DNA of 64,000 bases from a virus. Shown piece after piece: positions 1-10,480 of this stretch. Below the pieces are notes generated by a model. That model was not told the origin of the DNA, searched no databases, and saw only the letters and a list, made by a program, of their open reading frames with translations. Position numbers and translations under genes: made by a program. The stretch lies in IMG/VR virus record IMGVR_UViG_3300008107_000019, positions 32,001 to 96,000 of that record. One strand, 5' to 3'. Numbering within the stretch: position 1 is the first letter of the stretch; the number at the start of each line of letters is the position of its first letter.

Positions 1-5
1 CATAC

Positions 6-3000
6 ATGAGAACAGTTTGGGATCTCTTTCAAATGTGTGCAAGACTGCTTCCAAATTATATTGTTGCCATTAGACCATTTGAAGATAGATCAACTGTATT
101 TTATGGAAAACCACATTGGCTATATACATCTGGAGTTGTTCCATTGACTACTGGATATCCGGGAACAAAAAAGGCTGAAGAGCTTGGTATTTCTGCGCCA
201 AAAGAAGTTGACGTTGATCAAATCCTTGAATCAACAATGCAAAAACTTAACGAGAGTTCAAATCCGTTAGCGGATTCTGCTGCTTTTAGTGATATGAATA
301 GTTCTTTAATAACAATTCAAGACGTAATGGGTCAGCAATTAACTACATCAGCAGGTGGCGTTTATATACCTGCTGATAAGCTTAAGGATGAAAATGGCAA
401 GAGTAGAGTTATAGCTTTTGGTTATCAGTCAACAATGGAATACAGAGATGGTTCTGGTAATAAAGTTGCAAAACTTCCAGAATCTTTCGGTTTTGCTACA
501 ATCGGTTTTCACCTTCCAATAAGCTCAGAAGATGCAGTTGATGTTCCTCTTGATGAAAATCAAATAAAATCACATAAACAAATTGATCAACTTCCACTAA
601 GATATAGATTCCCATTCTTTACAGATAGAGAAGATAAGATTGTCCTTGAAGATTTTGCTTACTATGCGCTCGGAGATCAACTTGGTTCTTGGAACAACCA
701 CAATGCAGACTATCTAAAGCTTGCAACTGATAAATGGTCTTACGGAGAAGGCGTAGGTGGAACGAAATCTGAAACAAAATGGATTCAACTTCTCAAGGTG
801 GAAACAAGTAAGTATGCCGGAATCTCTACCGTAGATGAAGGACTGCTTAAAAACCAAAATGGTTTACCTTTTGCAATGCACTTAAATTCATCAAACATAC
901 CTAGTTTCAAAGATGCTGAAACTGAAGTCGCAGATTTGTATATATTCCAAGAAAAGTTAGGAAACTCTGTTTCTGGAACTCAACCAAATATAAGAATGCC
1001 ATTGCCAGATAATCCATCTTTAGTTAAAGGTGAGACTAAAGCCAACGTTTATGGTATTCTAAAAGGAAATCCAAGTTTTGATACAAACGCAGCTGCTTTA
1101 AGAGATTGGAAAGCGCCAAAAACTCCGGAAGACGAACAATTTTACATTGCCATGAGATGGCCATATGAACCATCAAGTTCTTTTAGTGAAAATAGCGTGG
1201 AGCAGTTCATACAAAACAATGGAGGTTACACACCAGTAGGAAATGCAAAGTCTTACCAGGAAAGAAAAGTTATGGTTTACAGCCCAACTACTGGTAAAGC
1301 TGTAGTTTGCAGGCCTGCTTATTATCTTTGGGGTAAAGATACTGTTAGTATAATTAAACCTTACGATAATACAGTTGAAACCCCCAACGGAACCACAACT
1401 TTTTCTACTGATAGATATGGAAATACAGTTAATCCTGCATTGGAAACCGGATCACACTGGGGCGTAGGTGGACATAATGCCCTTCAGCTTGGGGATGAAG
1501 TAAAACTTAGCGCACTTGTTTCACCAGATGCAGCCTATTACCTTGGGATGATGAATCTCACCCCTGCTGAAAAAACAGTATGGTCTGATGGAAGATATTC
1601 AAAAAATGAAGACGACTGGAATAACGCTGAAGCAGCAGTAAAAGCATCTGCCGCAGCAGGTGTAGCACCTTTCCCTGTTCCTAGAAAATGTTACTATGCG
1701 TTTGTTCCAGATGACATGCCACTAGGAGTAGTCCCAGATGCAGTGCTTCCTGTAGATGAGTTTGCTCCTCCTGGTCAAGAAAATCTTCTTGATTTTAATT
1801 CAAATAAAAAAATAATATCTTTTGGATTATTTAAGAATAAGAGATTAACTCAACAAAATCCATCATATAATTCGACTGGTTCTTCTGATGAGAATTTCTT
1901 TGAGTTTCAATTAGCAGATTCAGTAAAAATAGAAGATTCTTTAAGCGCCTACGGCAGATTAGAGATAGCTGGCAACCCTCTTGGTGAAGGTGGATTGTAT
2001 GGCCCTGGTTCAGGAGACTATTTTGACATGGTCAAAAACGGTGACTGGAAAGCTATTGATGACCTAAAGAAGGTATTAGAAGACGAAAAGAAAGATAGAT
2101 CAAGCTTTGCCGGCAAACGATTTACAGAAGTATTTAATGAACTTGAGCCTAAATCTGTAGAAGCTAGAAATTATTATGACGAAGACTATGCTCCTAGTAT
2201 TTCAGTTATAGCTGGAAACGGAAGAACGCTTCAGCAAGCAATAGAAATATGGGATCAATTTAGAGCCGGATACCATACTTACTCTAATGTTAAAGAAGCC
2301 TTCCAAAGAGCTTACGGACTACCTGCCGATGGTCCAGAAAGCGAAATTGAGCTTGGAGAATTTTTGAGAGGTGGATTTGATCTTAGTTCTAGACTAGGAG
2401 ATAAGGGTGTTACTTCTGGAAATCAAAGTGCTAGAAAATATATAGAAGATTTAGAAAAGCGATACGCAACCCAAGATTCTGACACTCAAGAAGCAGCAGA
2501 AGCAACAAGAAATAATATTAATAATGTTTTTAGAAACTACTCAGAATCTGGTGGAACAGCAGAAGATGAATTTTCATTAGTATTTGGTGACTCTTTCTTC
2601 AGTGGACCAGATTGGGTTAAAGAAGAAAACGGAATTGCTCAATCAGCTGTCAAAATCAATTCAGAAAAAATTAGACAGGGATTAGAAAAAGCAAGAGAGA
2701 ATTTTATTGACAACCCTGATTCATCAAGTGGTCTCATTAGTTATTTTAACGAATTATTAAATGATAAAATGGATAATATTTTATCAATAATAGAAGGCTC
2801 ACTAGCCGCATCAGGAATAACTGACCAATCTAAGAAAGATGAATACATAGCATCTATAAAAACTCCAAGACAGTTATTCTTATTTATGGTTGGAGCTTTT
2901 AGAAATAGAATGTGGCAAGATCCTTATGCAAGAGCATGGTTAGTTTTAAAGCCAAATAGAAAGCTAGTTGGCGATGACAAGTGGGACTTTAATCCTGTGT

Positions 3001-5882
3001 TAAAAATTTTCCAAGCATACATAGATCCAAATGAGGATTACGCAAAAACTCCTGCAAAATTTACAAAACTTCTTGCTCAAAATAGATCAGAAGGCAGCAG
3101 TGCTACAAACATAGTTGGAAAATGGGCAGAAGATGTTGGTGGTTTCTGGGACAAGAATATAGGTCCACTCTTTACTGCGCTTGGAGACTCCTTAAGTGGT
3201 CTGGTCAATTTATTTAGAATGTCAATGATGCAACTTGGTTATGGTCTATCTCAGGTTGGACAGATGTCAAAGCAAGCAAATATTCTAAACAAAGTTCTTA
3301 ATGACTCAATATATTACTCGTTGGGAAGACCAGGCTCTCTTTTAAGAGCAGTTGACAATCCATTCACAAGAGAGTACGCAGAGCCTGTTATTGAAGTCAG
3401 ACAGCCTTTCCAAAGAATTCACTATTTAAGCTCTTTCTCTCATATTCTTTCAAATGGAATAACAGAAAATTTAAATGGAGTAGCAACCATGGTCACCGCT
3501 GTTTCTGACGGAAAGTATCCAGTTACAGTAGCAATGGACAAATCAGCTCCTGCAGAAAGGCAAGTGGAAAAAACAGTTGAAACTGGACTGTTCTTTGACA
3601 ATGCTACGGGATCTGGTTTATTCGGAGCCTTGCATCCAATACTTCATCCTTTTGAATTTGCTAGAGGAATTTCAAAGTTTGCGCAAGGAACACCAGATGA
3701 AATGCTTGCAAGAAGAGTTGCTTTAGCTCACCTTAAGGAATCTCTCAAAGATATATATACAGGTGAAATCTTAATTATAGGTAATGCCGACATAAGGCCA
3801 CATGACATCGTATATCTTGCTGACGTTTACGAAAGAATGTACGGCATGTTTGAGGTTGAGCAAGTTGTACATCATTTTACTTCAGAGCTTGGATTTGTTA
3901 CATCAATAACTCCAAATGCCTTAGTTACTGTTAATGACCCAGCTAAATGGTTTATGTCATCATGGGTTGGCACATGGATGCATATGCAGGCTCTAAGAAA
4001 CGATACAAGGCTATATATGAGCTCTCTTGGCTCTGGAGTTAACGCAATGGAACAAATGAGCGTAGATGGCTTAGCTGATTCTTTGCAAACTCAAATGGTT
4101 GGCGGTATTCAATTTACCCATGGAGCATCTGCCTTAACAAAAGATATCATGGCACACTTTACCTCTGAGGGAGTAAATGATATCAACGCTCAGGTTAAGG
4201 GTCTGGTAGCACAAGGATCCGCTGCTGCTTCTGGACAAATAGCACTTGGTGGAATGGGGGCAATGTTTGCCGGAGCAACGGCACTAGGAGCCACTGCAGC
4301 CACAATAGCATCTTTTGCTGTTCCAGGAGCTGGATTATTAGTTAAGGGACTATCTGCTGGCTTAGGAGCAGGAGCTGGTGGAAAACTGGCATGGAAGGGC
4401 TGGAGTTGGATAAGAGACAACGTATTAGACCAACATGGCTGTTACATCCAATATCTCAATAGAAATGGCAAGGCTATGGACGCAGGGCTTGGCCTAAGTG
4501 GTCAGGGCATGGTGGTTGGAAGATATCATACAAAGAAACTTCTTCCTGGAATATTGGGTGTTCAATCTAAGATAAGAACAGCAGAAGGTTATTCTTATAT
4601 TAGAACTAACGATTTGCTTTCTAAGTTGGGCTGGAAAGAAAAAGAAATTAATGATTTAGTTAGATACATAGACTTTGAAAACGCTCTAGTTAATTCACAG
4701 GTTCTTAGATACTCTGGAATAGGCCCAGAAAAAGCTGGACTAAATAGATACTTTAAAGTTATATGTAAAGTTGAAGAAGTTATAGACGGTGACACAATAG
4801 ATGTTGTAGACCTTCTTGATACTTCAGGAAAAAAATTCAGAATAAGATTTGATGGAATTAACACTCCTGAAATTAATGTTATTAAAACAGATATAAACGT
4901 ATCTGGAAAAATTGCAAGCATCACAAATGTATCAATCCTTAACGGAAAAGCTACAATAACAACAGAATCTGATCATGGATTTTTGATTGACGAAGTTTCT
5001 GTACTAAATATTCAAAATCCAGGTAATATCTATCTACTAAACGGTTCACACAAGATAGAAGCAGTACCTAGTTCAAACTCATTTGTCATAGCAACAACTC
5101 TACCTAATAGTACGAATGCTAAAACTGGTGTTGCTAGAGTTTATGTAAACACTTCTGGAGAGTATATAAATTCTTCTTCACCTGGTGGAAAAGCAAAAAT
5201 GTTTACTATAAACGCCCTTAAAGATAAGATTTTTGTTTTAAGAATATCTCCAGAAAATGTAACAGGATCTTTTACTGAGCAAGATTTTGAGGCTGGTTCA
5301 ACAAGGTCTTTAGAAAGAAAAATGATAAACGGCAGTCCTGTTCCAGCTTATTATGATAAAGACGTTTTTGGAGAAAGAGTTCTTGGAGTAGTCTTTTATA
5401 AGACCGCAGAACAGTCTATTGAAACAATAGTAAGAGAGGCTAATTTCCTATTTGATAAGTATAAGAAAGCATCTCAGTCAGATCTTTTGTCTCAGCTCGC
5501 CTCAAGTTTTTCTCCTGGAGTTTTTGCGGACAGATATTCTGACCTTTTGGATAAAGCAAAAGTTATCAATAAAGTTGACTACTTCTCTGATTACGCAAGT
5601 GCTTCTATACAAAATATATCAGCAGATTTAAAAAAGACATATAACGCTTATGTTTCTCTGAGAGTAGTCCAATATATATATGAAAGAGTTTCGGAATGGC
5701 CTAATGTTGAATGGGATGAGTACTATGATGATGGTACGCCAGTTTCTTTAAATTATGAGTTAATTGTTAACGGCCTTGCAAAAGTTTATACAAAAGGTCT
5801 GTTGATAGAGCAGCCTTCTGTAATAGACTCGTATGAAAACGCAGGTCTACCAACTCAGGTTACGGTAAATAGGAGCAATTAA
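6..5882 (+). CDS. Large baseplate hub/tail protein with C-terminal staphylococcal-nuclease-like domain (probably 5'-truncated by window edge)
   Basis: 1958-aa ORF, frame open to the window edge. Hub-like segment (GEILIIGNADIRPHDIVYL...GMFEVEQVVHHF...GFVTSI), Gly/Ala-rich hydrophobic stretch, SNase motifs VIDGDT, RFDGINTPE, FGERVLG, LNYELIVNGLAKVY. Lies upstream of baseplate genes. Confidence 0.7.
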   Translation: MRTVWDLFQMCARLLPNYIVAIRPFEDRSTVFYGKPHWLYTSGVVPLTTGYPGTKKAEELGISAPKEVDVDQILESTMQKLNESSNPLADSAAFSDMNSSLITIQDVMGQQLTTSAGGVYIPADKLKDENGKSRVIAFGYQSTMEYRDGSGNKVAKLPESFGFATIGFHLPISSEDAVDVPLDENQIKSHKQIDQLPLRYRFPFFTDREDKIVLEDFAYYALGDQLGSWNNHNADYLKLATDKWSYGEGVGGTKSETKWIQLLKVETSKYAGISTVDEGLLKNQNGLPFAMHLNSSNIPSFKDAETEVADLYIFQEKLGNSVSGTQPNIRMPLPDNPSLVKGETKANVYGILKGNPSFDTNAAALRDWKAPKTPEDEQFYIAMRWPYEPSSSFSENSVEQFIQNNGGYTPVGNAKSYQERKVMVYSPTTGKAVVCRPAYYLWGKDTVSIIKPYDNTVETPNGTTTFSTDRYGNTVNPALETGSHWGVGGHNALQLGDEVKLSALVSPDAAYYLGMMNLTPAEKTVWSDGRYSKNEDDWNNAEAAVKASAAAGVAPFPVPRKCYYAFVPDDMPLGVVPDAVLPVDEFAPPGQENLLDFNSNKKIISFGLFKNKRLTQQNPSYNSTGSSDENFFEFQLADSVKIEDSLSAYGRLEIAGNPLGEGGLYGPGSGDYFDMVKNGDWKAIDDLKKVLEDEKKDRSSFAGKRFTEVFNELEPKSVEARNYYDEDYAPSISVIAGNGRTLQQAIEIWDQFRAGYHTYSNVKEAFQRAYGLPADGPESEIELGEFLRGGFDLSSRLGDKGVTSGNQSARKYIEDLEKRYATQDSDTQEAAEATRNNINNVFRNYSESGGTAEDEFSLVFGDSFFSGPDWVKEENGIAQSAVKINSEKIRQGLEKARENFIDNPDSSSGLISYFNELLNDKMDNILSIIEGSLAASGITDQSKKDEYIASIKTPRQLFLFMVGAFRNRMWQDPYARAWLVLKPNRKLVGDDKWDFNPVLKIFQAYIDPNEDYAKTPAKFTKLLAQNRSEGSSATNIVGKWAEDVGGFWDKNIGPLFTALGDSLSGLVNLFRMSMMQLGYGLSQVGQMSKQANILNKVLNDSIYYSLGRPGSLLRAVDNPFTREYAEPVIEVRQPFQRIHYLSSFSHILSNGITENLNGVATMVTAVSDGKYPVTVAMDKSAPAERQVEKTVETGLFFDNATGSGLFGALHPILHPFEFARGISKFAQGTPDEMLARRVALAHLKESLKDIYTGEILIIGNADIRPHDIVYLADVYERMYGMFEVEQVVHHFTSELGFVTSITPNALVTVNDPAKWFMSSWVGTWMHMQALRNDTRLYMSSLGSGVNAMEQMSVDGLADSLQTQMVGGIQFTHGASALTKDIMAHFTSEGVNDINAQVKGLVAQGSAAASGQIALGGMGAMFAGATALGATAATIASFAVPGAGLLVKGLSAGLGAGAGGKLAWKGWSWIRDNVLDQHGCYIQYLNRNGKAMDAGLGLSGQGMVVGRYHTKKLLPGILGVQSKIRTAEGYSYIRTNDLLSKLGWKEKEINDLVRYIDFENALVNSQVLRYSGIGPEKAGLNRYFKVICKVEEVIDGDTIDVVDLLDTSGKKFRIRFDGINTPEINVIKTDINVSGKIASITNVSILNGKATITTESDHGFLIDEVSVLNIQNPGNIYLLNGSHKIEAVPSSNSFVIATTLPNSTNAKTGVARVYVNTSGEYINSSSPGGKAKMFTINALKDKIFVLRISPENVTGSFTEQDFEAGSTRSLERKMINGSPVPAYYDKDVFGERVLGVVFYKTAEQSIETIVREANFLFDKYKKASQSDLLSQLASSFSPGVFADRYSDLLDKAKVINKVDYFSDYASASIQNISADLKKTYNAYVSLRVVQYIYERVSEWPNVEWDEYYDDGTPVSLNYELIVNGLAKVYTKGLLIEQPSVIDSYENAGLPTQVTVNRSN

Positions 5883-5883
5883 A

Positions 5884-7912
5884 ATGCCTGATTTTAATTA
5901 TAATATAGATGACCTTTCTGACACTTCCGCTTTAGCAAGTAAAACCTCTTCTGCATTCTATCCTTCTGGAGAACCATTAAAGACTAGCTATTCTGTTTCT
6001 GGAGATGTCAATAGAACGCTAACACAAAGAGATATTCAAGGGGTTCTCTCGCGGAGATGCTCTCTATAGGTCTCCTAATTTTGCTCTGCAGATATCAAAC
6101 CAAAATGCTCAATCAAGTATAAACTCAATACTTTCCTCTATCGGTGGACCAGATGCCAATAATCTAGAGATACAGGATCCTAATAGTCAAAACGAAAATG
6201 CAACACTAAAAGGATCTGCTGCAGCAAAAATGATTGTTTCAAAAACTTCATTAGGTAAAAAATCTTTGTCTTTTGGTACAAGAGACTTTATATCTGAATT
6301 AGAAAACTCAATAACTCAAGGGTCTGGAACAACAGGCGATAATCATCAAGATACTGAGAACTTTACTTTTGATCCAACAAAAGGTGGTCAATCTGAAGTA
6401 AGAGTTATAACTATCAAGGAAGCTCTTTCAAATGAAGAAGCAAAAGTGTATGATGAAAAAATTAAAGAGATAAGAGATAAGGGAATAGTTACAAGTAAAC
6501 ATGTTCCTTATGTTGCTAACTTTCCTCAAACAAACGTAAGCCTAAAAGCCACTGCAGCAAGAGATCTTCCTAGTTATGTTTCTCAACCTGATTTTAATTT
6601 TGCTAAATTTAATGGACAAACTGTTCTTCCATGCGCATCTTTAATGGAACTTTTATTAGTTCTTGATTCTAAGATAGTTATCAAAGGAGACTTTTCTTTA
6701 GATAGAGGAGCTTTAATATCGGGTGGAAAAGCAGTTGTAGAAAATGCAACACTTAACGACCATAGTACTGGTAGAGGCATAGACATAGGAAAAATTGGAC
6801 CAAACGATTCAGAAATATATTCAACTTGGGCTAAAAATATTGACATTAATAGAAAAGCTTTTTTGCTTCTTTTAGATACATTAAATGCAATTGATGAATC
6901 AATTCTTCCTGACTTAATAGTTTTTGATGATAGATTAGCTACTGAATTTGGGATGGTCACAGGAAAATTTGATATAGACAATAGGGAAGTGAACCTTAAT
7001 GGAATCTTGCAGAAGCAGTATCCAAAATTAAGAAAGATTAATTTTCATCCAGACAGTGGGCACCAAGACCATTTTCATATAGCTTTTTCTCCACAAAGAG
7101 CCGGAACATACCAAGACTATGTTGACTATGATTATTCTTCAAGCGGATCCTCTACAGATTTTGACGGAGTAGCCACAGGAGAATCTACAGCGACTTCTGA
7201 AATATTTAGAAGCTATATAAATAGTAATGAAAAAATAAAAAATAGAAATGCACTTTATAAAGCGTTGATTGACTATGGTGGATTTAGGCCAGAAAGTGCA
7301 GCAATATTTATGATGATTGCAGAAAGAGAATCTAATATAGGTGCAGATTCATTTAACGGTAATATAGGTACTCGTGATTACTCTATAGGTTTATGGCAAA
7401 CTAATTTTTATGGAGTTTCAGCTTTTATAGAAAGAGACATAGAAATTCCAGTAGGTACACCTGGTGGAATTACTAAAAAGAAATACAAGGCATATAAGCT
7501 TTTGTTTAAGGATCACGATAAATTTAGTCCAAAAATTGTTGGAAAAGATACAGCTATAGCAAAAATGGAAGAGCTTACAACTAAAGGTAAGGCTTATTCT
7601 GACCCAATCTTATGGACACCGATTGCACAGATAGCTGTTTTGAAGATGCAAGTTCAAAATTATATTAACAATAAAGGTTTAAACAGAAGGGGCTGGTATT
7701 ATTCGCCTTGGGGGGAATATGGCGGCGGACCTGAGTATGGCTGGATTACTAAATTAAAGTTTAAAACAGCAGTAGAATTTTATGTAAAGAATAATCCAGG
7801 AAAAACAGAAGAAGATTTAAAAAAACACTGTCGACCATTTATTGAAAATATGGAAAATACAGCAGGAAAGACGGTTTATAATCAGTGGCTTAACGGGCAG
7901 GTGTTTGGATGA
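5884..7912 (+). CDS. Tail-associated peptidoglycan hydrolase (M15-like Zn peptidase + lysozyme/SLT-like domain), ~675 aa via +1 shift at CGG 6052
   Basis: ATG 5884 follows the upstream TAA. The +1 frame from GGA 6053 is open into the 6230-7912 ORF. Motifs DHSTGRGIDI...HQDHFHI and AERES...SIGLWQTN. Confidence 0.7.
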
Positions 7913-8266
7913 TATACCCTAAATTTGACCAAAAAATAAATGATCAAATTCAATCTTCAAGGATGCAACAAGCCAAAACTAGAATGGCAACAGTTGCTTC
8001 TTATGATAAAATTAAAAATACTTTAACTCTAATTATGGAGTCACAGTATTCTGATACAATTGGAAACATAGTTGGAGATGTCCCATGTCCAAATATATAT
8101 CGGAATTCAAACAGTTGCCCCAGAGCCTGGTGATAGATGTATAGTTGGTTTTAGTGACGAAAATGAAAGATATCCTTTTGTAATTAATTTTGTTAATGAC
8201 TACGCTAATGAAAAGCTTTTAAATAATGGAATAGCAAATACTGGAATACCAAGGTATATGATTTAA
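7909..8266 (+). CDS. Baseplate spike/gpV-like OB-fold protein, ~118 aa via +1 shift at CGG 8101
   Basis: ATGA overlap with the upstream stop. Joined sequence VPCPNIY-G-IQTVAPEPGDRCIVGF resembles the gpV/gp5 N-terminal PxxGDxVxVxF motif. Confidence 0.6.
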
Positions 8267-8267
8267 T

Positions 8268-8921
8268 ATGGTAAATAAAAAAATCCTCGAAAATGACGTA
8301 ACTAAAAATATAGACAACTTTAATGAAGCTGAAGAGTTGCGTAAAAGAAATACTTTCTCAAGAAGAGAGGTCGGCCTAACACACCCCGACACAAGTGCCT
8401 TTGTGAGACTGAACGACAGAGGCGAAGTTGAGATATTTGCTGGAGAAGAGCTTGGTATTATAATTAGCCCTTCAAGCAGGTCGATATCCATATTTGCTGA
8501 CGTGGTTAAAATTGTTACAAAAGAAGACTATGGATTAAGATGGAATAATATGAGTTTTAATTATTCTGGAGATACATTCAATGAGCCATCTTTAGTTAAA
8601 ACCAATGAAAAAGAGATTAACTCTGGATTTAATTACGCTAATTATTATCTAGAAGCACTTACTGATCTTGAGGTTTTGGAGAAAGAAACTAATGTTGTTA
8701 CTATTAGTGGGGAGTACGGGTTTTCGAAAAATCCAGTCGATTCAGAGTCAAACTCAATAACTATGGTTTCTGGAAAGATATCTGAAGAAGATTACGCTCT
8801 TTTAAAGGAATATAGTTTTACTAATTCTCAAGAAAAAGTAGATTATATGAAAAAGCTTCTTGAGTCTGGTTTTACATTTAATCAAGCTAGGGAAAAGACA
8901 ATGAGGGACAAGGGTGTCTGA
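8268..8921 (+). CDS. Baseplate-module protein, function unknown
   Basis: 217-aa ORF tightly packed between the spike-like and gp25-like genes. Confidence 0.6.
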   Translation: MVNKKILENDVTKNIDNFNEAEELRKRNTFSRREVGLTHPDTSAFVRLNDRGEVEIFAGEELGIIISPSSRSISIFADVVKIVTKEDYGLRWNNMSFNYSGDTFNEPSLVKTNEKEINSGFNYANYYLEALTDLEVLEKETNVVTISGEYGFSKNPVDSESNSITMVSGKISEEDYALLKEYSFTNSQEKVDYMKKLLESGFTFNQAREKTMRDKGV

Positions 8922-9294
8922 TCTATTTTTAACGCTAGATGGCGATCTAATGATGAATGGCAATAAAGATATAGCCAAAGTAAACTCCGCTGTACAAAAT
9001 GACATTCAACAAGTTTATATTAGATTAATGACTGAACCAGGAGACTTTCATGCATATCCTAGTTTAGGAGTAGACCTTTCAGTTCTCTACGGCATGCCGC
9101 AAACAAAATCAACTGGCGATACAGGTAGGATGCTAATCCTATCTGCTATGGAACGAGAGGGAGTTTTTAAAGGTAAGAATGTTACCATAGAAGCTGTCCC
9201 AACTGGTCCTGATACAATTAGATTCGATGTTCACGTACAATCTGGTGCATCTAATCCAGTGACATTAAGCATTAAGCAGAATCTAGGAGCATAA
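8914..9294 (+). CDS. Baseplate wedge protein, gp25/GPW-like
   Basis: 126 aa; RLMTEPGD...YPSLGVDL motif; directly upstream of a baseplate J-like gene. Confidence 0.75.
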   Translation: MSDLFLTLDGDLMMNGNKDIAKVNSAVQNDIQQVYIRLMTEPGDFHAYPSLGVDLSVLYGMPQTKSTGDTGRMLILSAMEREGVFKGKNVTIEAVPTGPDTIRFDVHVQSGASNPVTLSIKQNLGA

Positions 9295-10464
9295 ATGCCT
9301 TCAATAAATACTAAAACAAAAGATGAAATAATAGTTAGGATTTTAAACTCCTTAGAGCAAAATGCTAGTATTACTGCAACTTCTCCTGGTTCTATAGCTA
9401 GAGCATTTGCCGATGCTTTTGGCACCGAGATGTTTTATTTATATGAATCATTTAAAGAAGCAGTAAGTCAAACGAACCTTTCTACAGCTTCTGGTAGAGG
9501 TCTTGATTTAATAGGAGAAATGTATAATGTTAAAAGAAAAACATTATCAGATCAACTTGTTTATGAGAGAACAACCGCAAATATTGAGTTTATTTTAGAC
9601 AAACCATATACTTCTGACATTATAATTCCCAAAGGTACACTTGTATACAATGATGTTGGCTCTTATAATTCGACACAATACTCATATAAACTTTCTAATG
9701 ACGTTGCAATCTTAGCTGGAGTAACAAAAGCTTATGGAATTGTCACTCCAAACTTCCAGTCAAATGACCATGTTGCATCAGTAGGGTCATTAACTAGACA
9801 TAACTTTATTGGTCCAGCTGGAGTTATACTTTTCTGCACTAACCCCAAGGAAGTTTACCCTGTTATAAACGCAGAATCTGACGACAATTATAGAAGAAGA
9901 ATTCTTTCTGCGGTTAAAGTAAGTGCCACGGGAACAGTTGAGGCATTGCGATTTGCTGCACTATCAGTAAATGGCGTTAAGGATGTTAGAATAAGAGAAG
10001 GGTCTTTTGGCCTAGGCTCATGTGAAATCATAGTGGTTCCAGAGGTTCCTGGAAGAATAGGCAATATTCCAACAATTGTAAATTCAGCAATATCAGAAAT
10101 AAGACCTTTGGGAATAAGAATTAATATATCTGCAGCAAATCCACTTCCAGTGAGTGTTAATGCCACAATCACTCTTCCATACGGAACAAATGAAAACCTT
10201 AGAGTTGGAATTCAAAATCAAGCTAGTCTTTTTGTCAAGAGATATTTGAATTCTCTGACCATAGGCGACACCATGTCTATTCAAGAAGTCGAAAGACAAA
10301 TAAGAATATCATCAGATTTAATTAGAAGTATTAACATAACCAACATAACTGCACAGGGAACATCTATTAACAGAAAAGATTTTAGGGCTCAAACAGAAAG
10401 AGATTACATAGTTTCTGGCGATATCTCCATAAACTCTGTTATAATTGGTGTGTCTAACTACTAA
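9295..10464 (+). CDS. Baseplate J-like protein
   Basis: PGSIARAF, TASGRGLDLIG, IPKGTLV, ESDDNYRRRI, GVKDVRI motifs. Confidence 0.9.
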   Translation: MPSINTKTKDEIIVRILNSLEQNASITATSPGSIARAFADAFGTEMFYLYESFKEAVSQTNLSTASGRGLDLIGEMYNVKRKTLSDQLVYERTTANIEFILDKPYTSDIIIPKGTLVYNDVGSYNSTQYSYKLSNDVAILAGVTKAYGIVTPNFQSNDHVASVGSLTRHNFIGPAGVILFCTNPKEVYPVINAESDDNYRRRILSAVKVSATGTVEALRFAALSVNGVKDVRIREGSFGLGSCEIIVVPEVPGRIGNIPTIVNSAISEIRPLGIRINISAANPLPVSVNATITLPYGTNENLRVGIQNQASLFVKRYLNSLTIGDTMSIQEVERQIRISSDLIRSINITNITAQGTSINRKDFRAQTERDYIVSGDISINSVIIGVSNY

Positions 10465-10480
10465 AAGGTTGGTTTTATAA

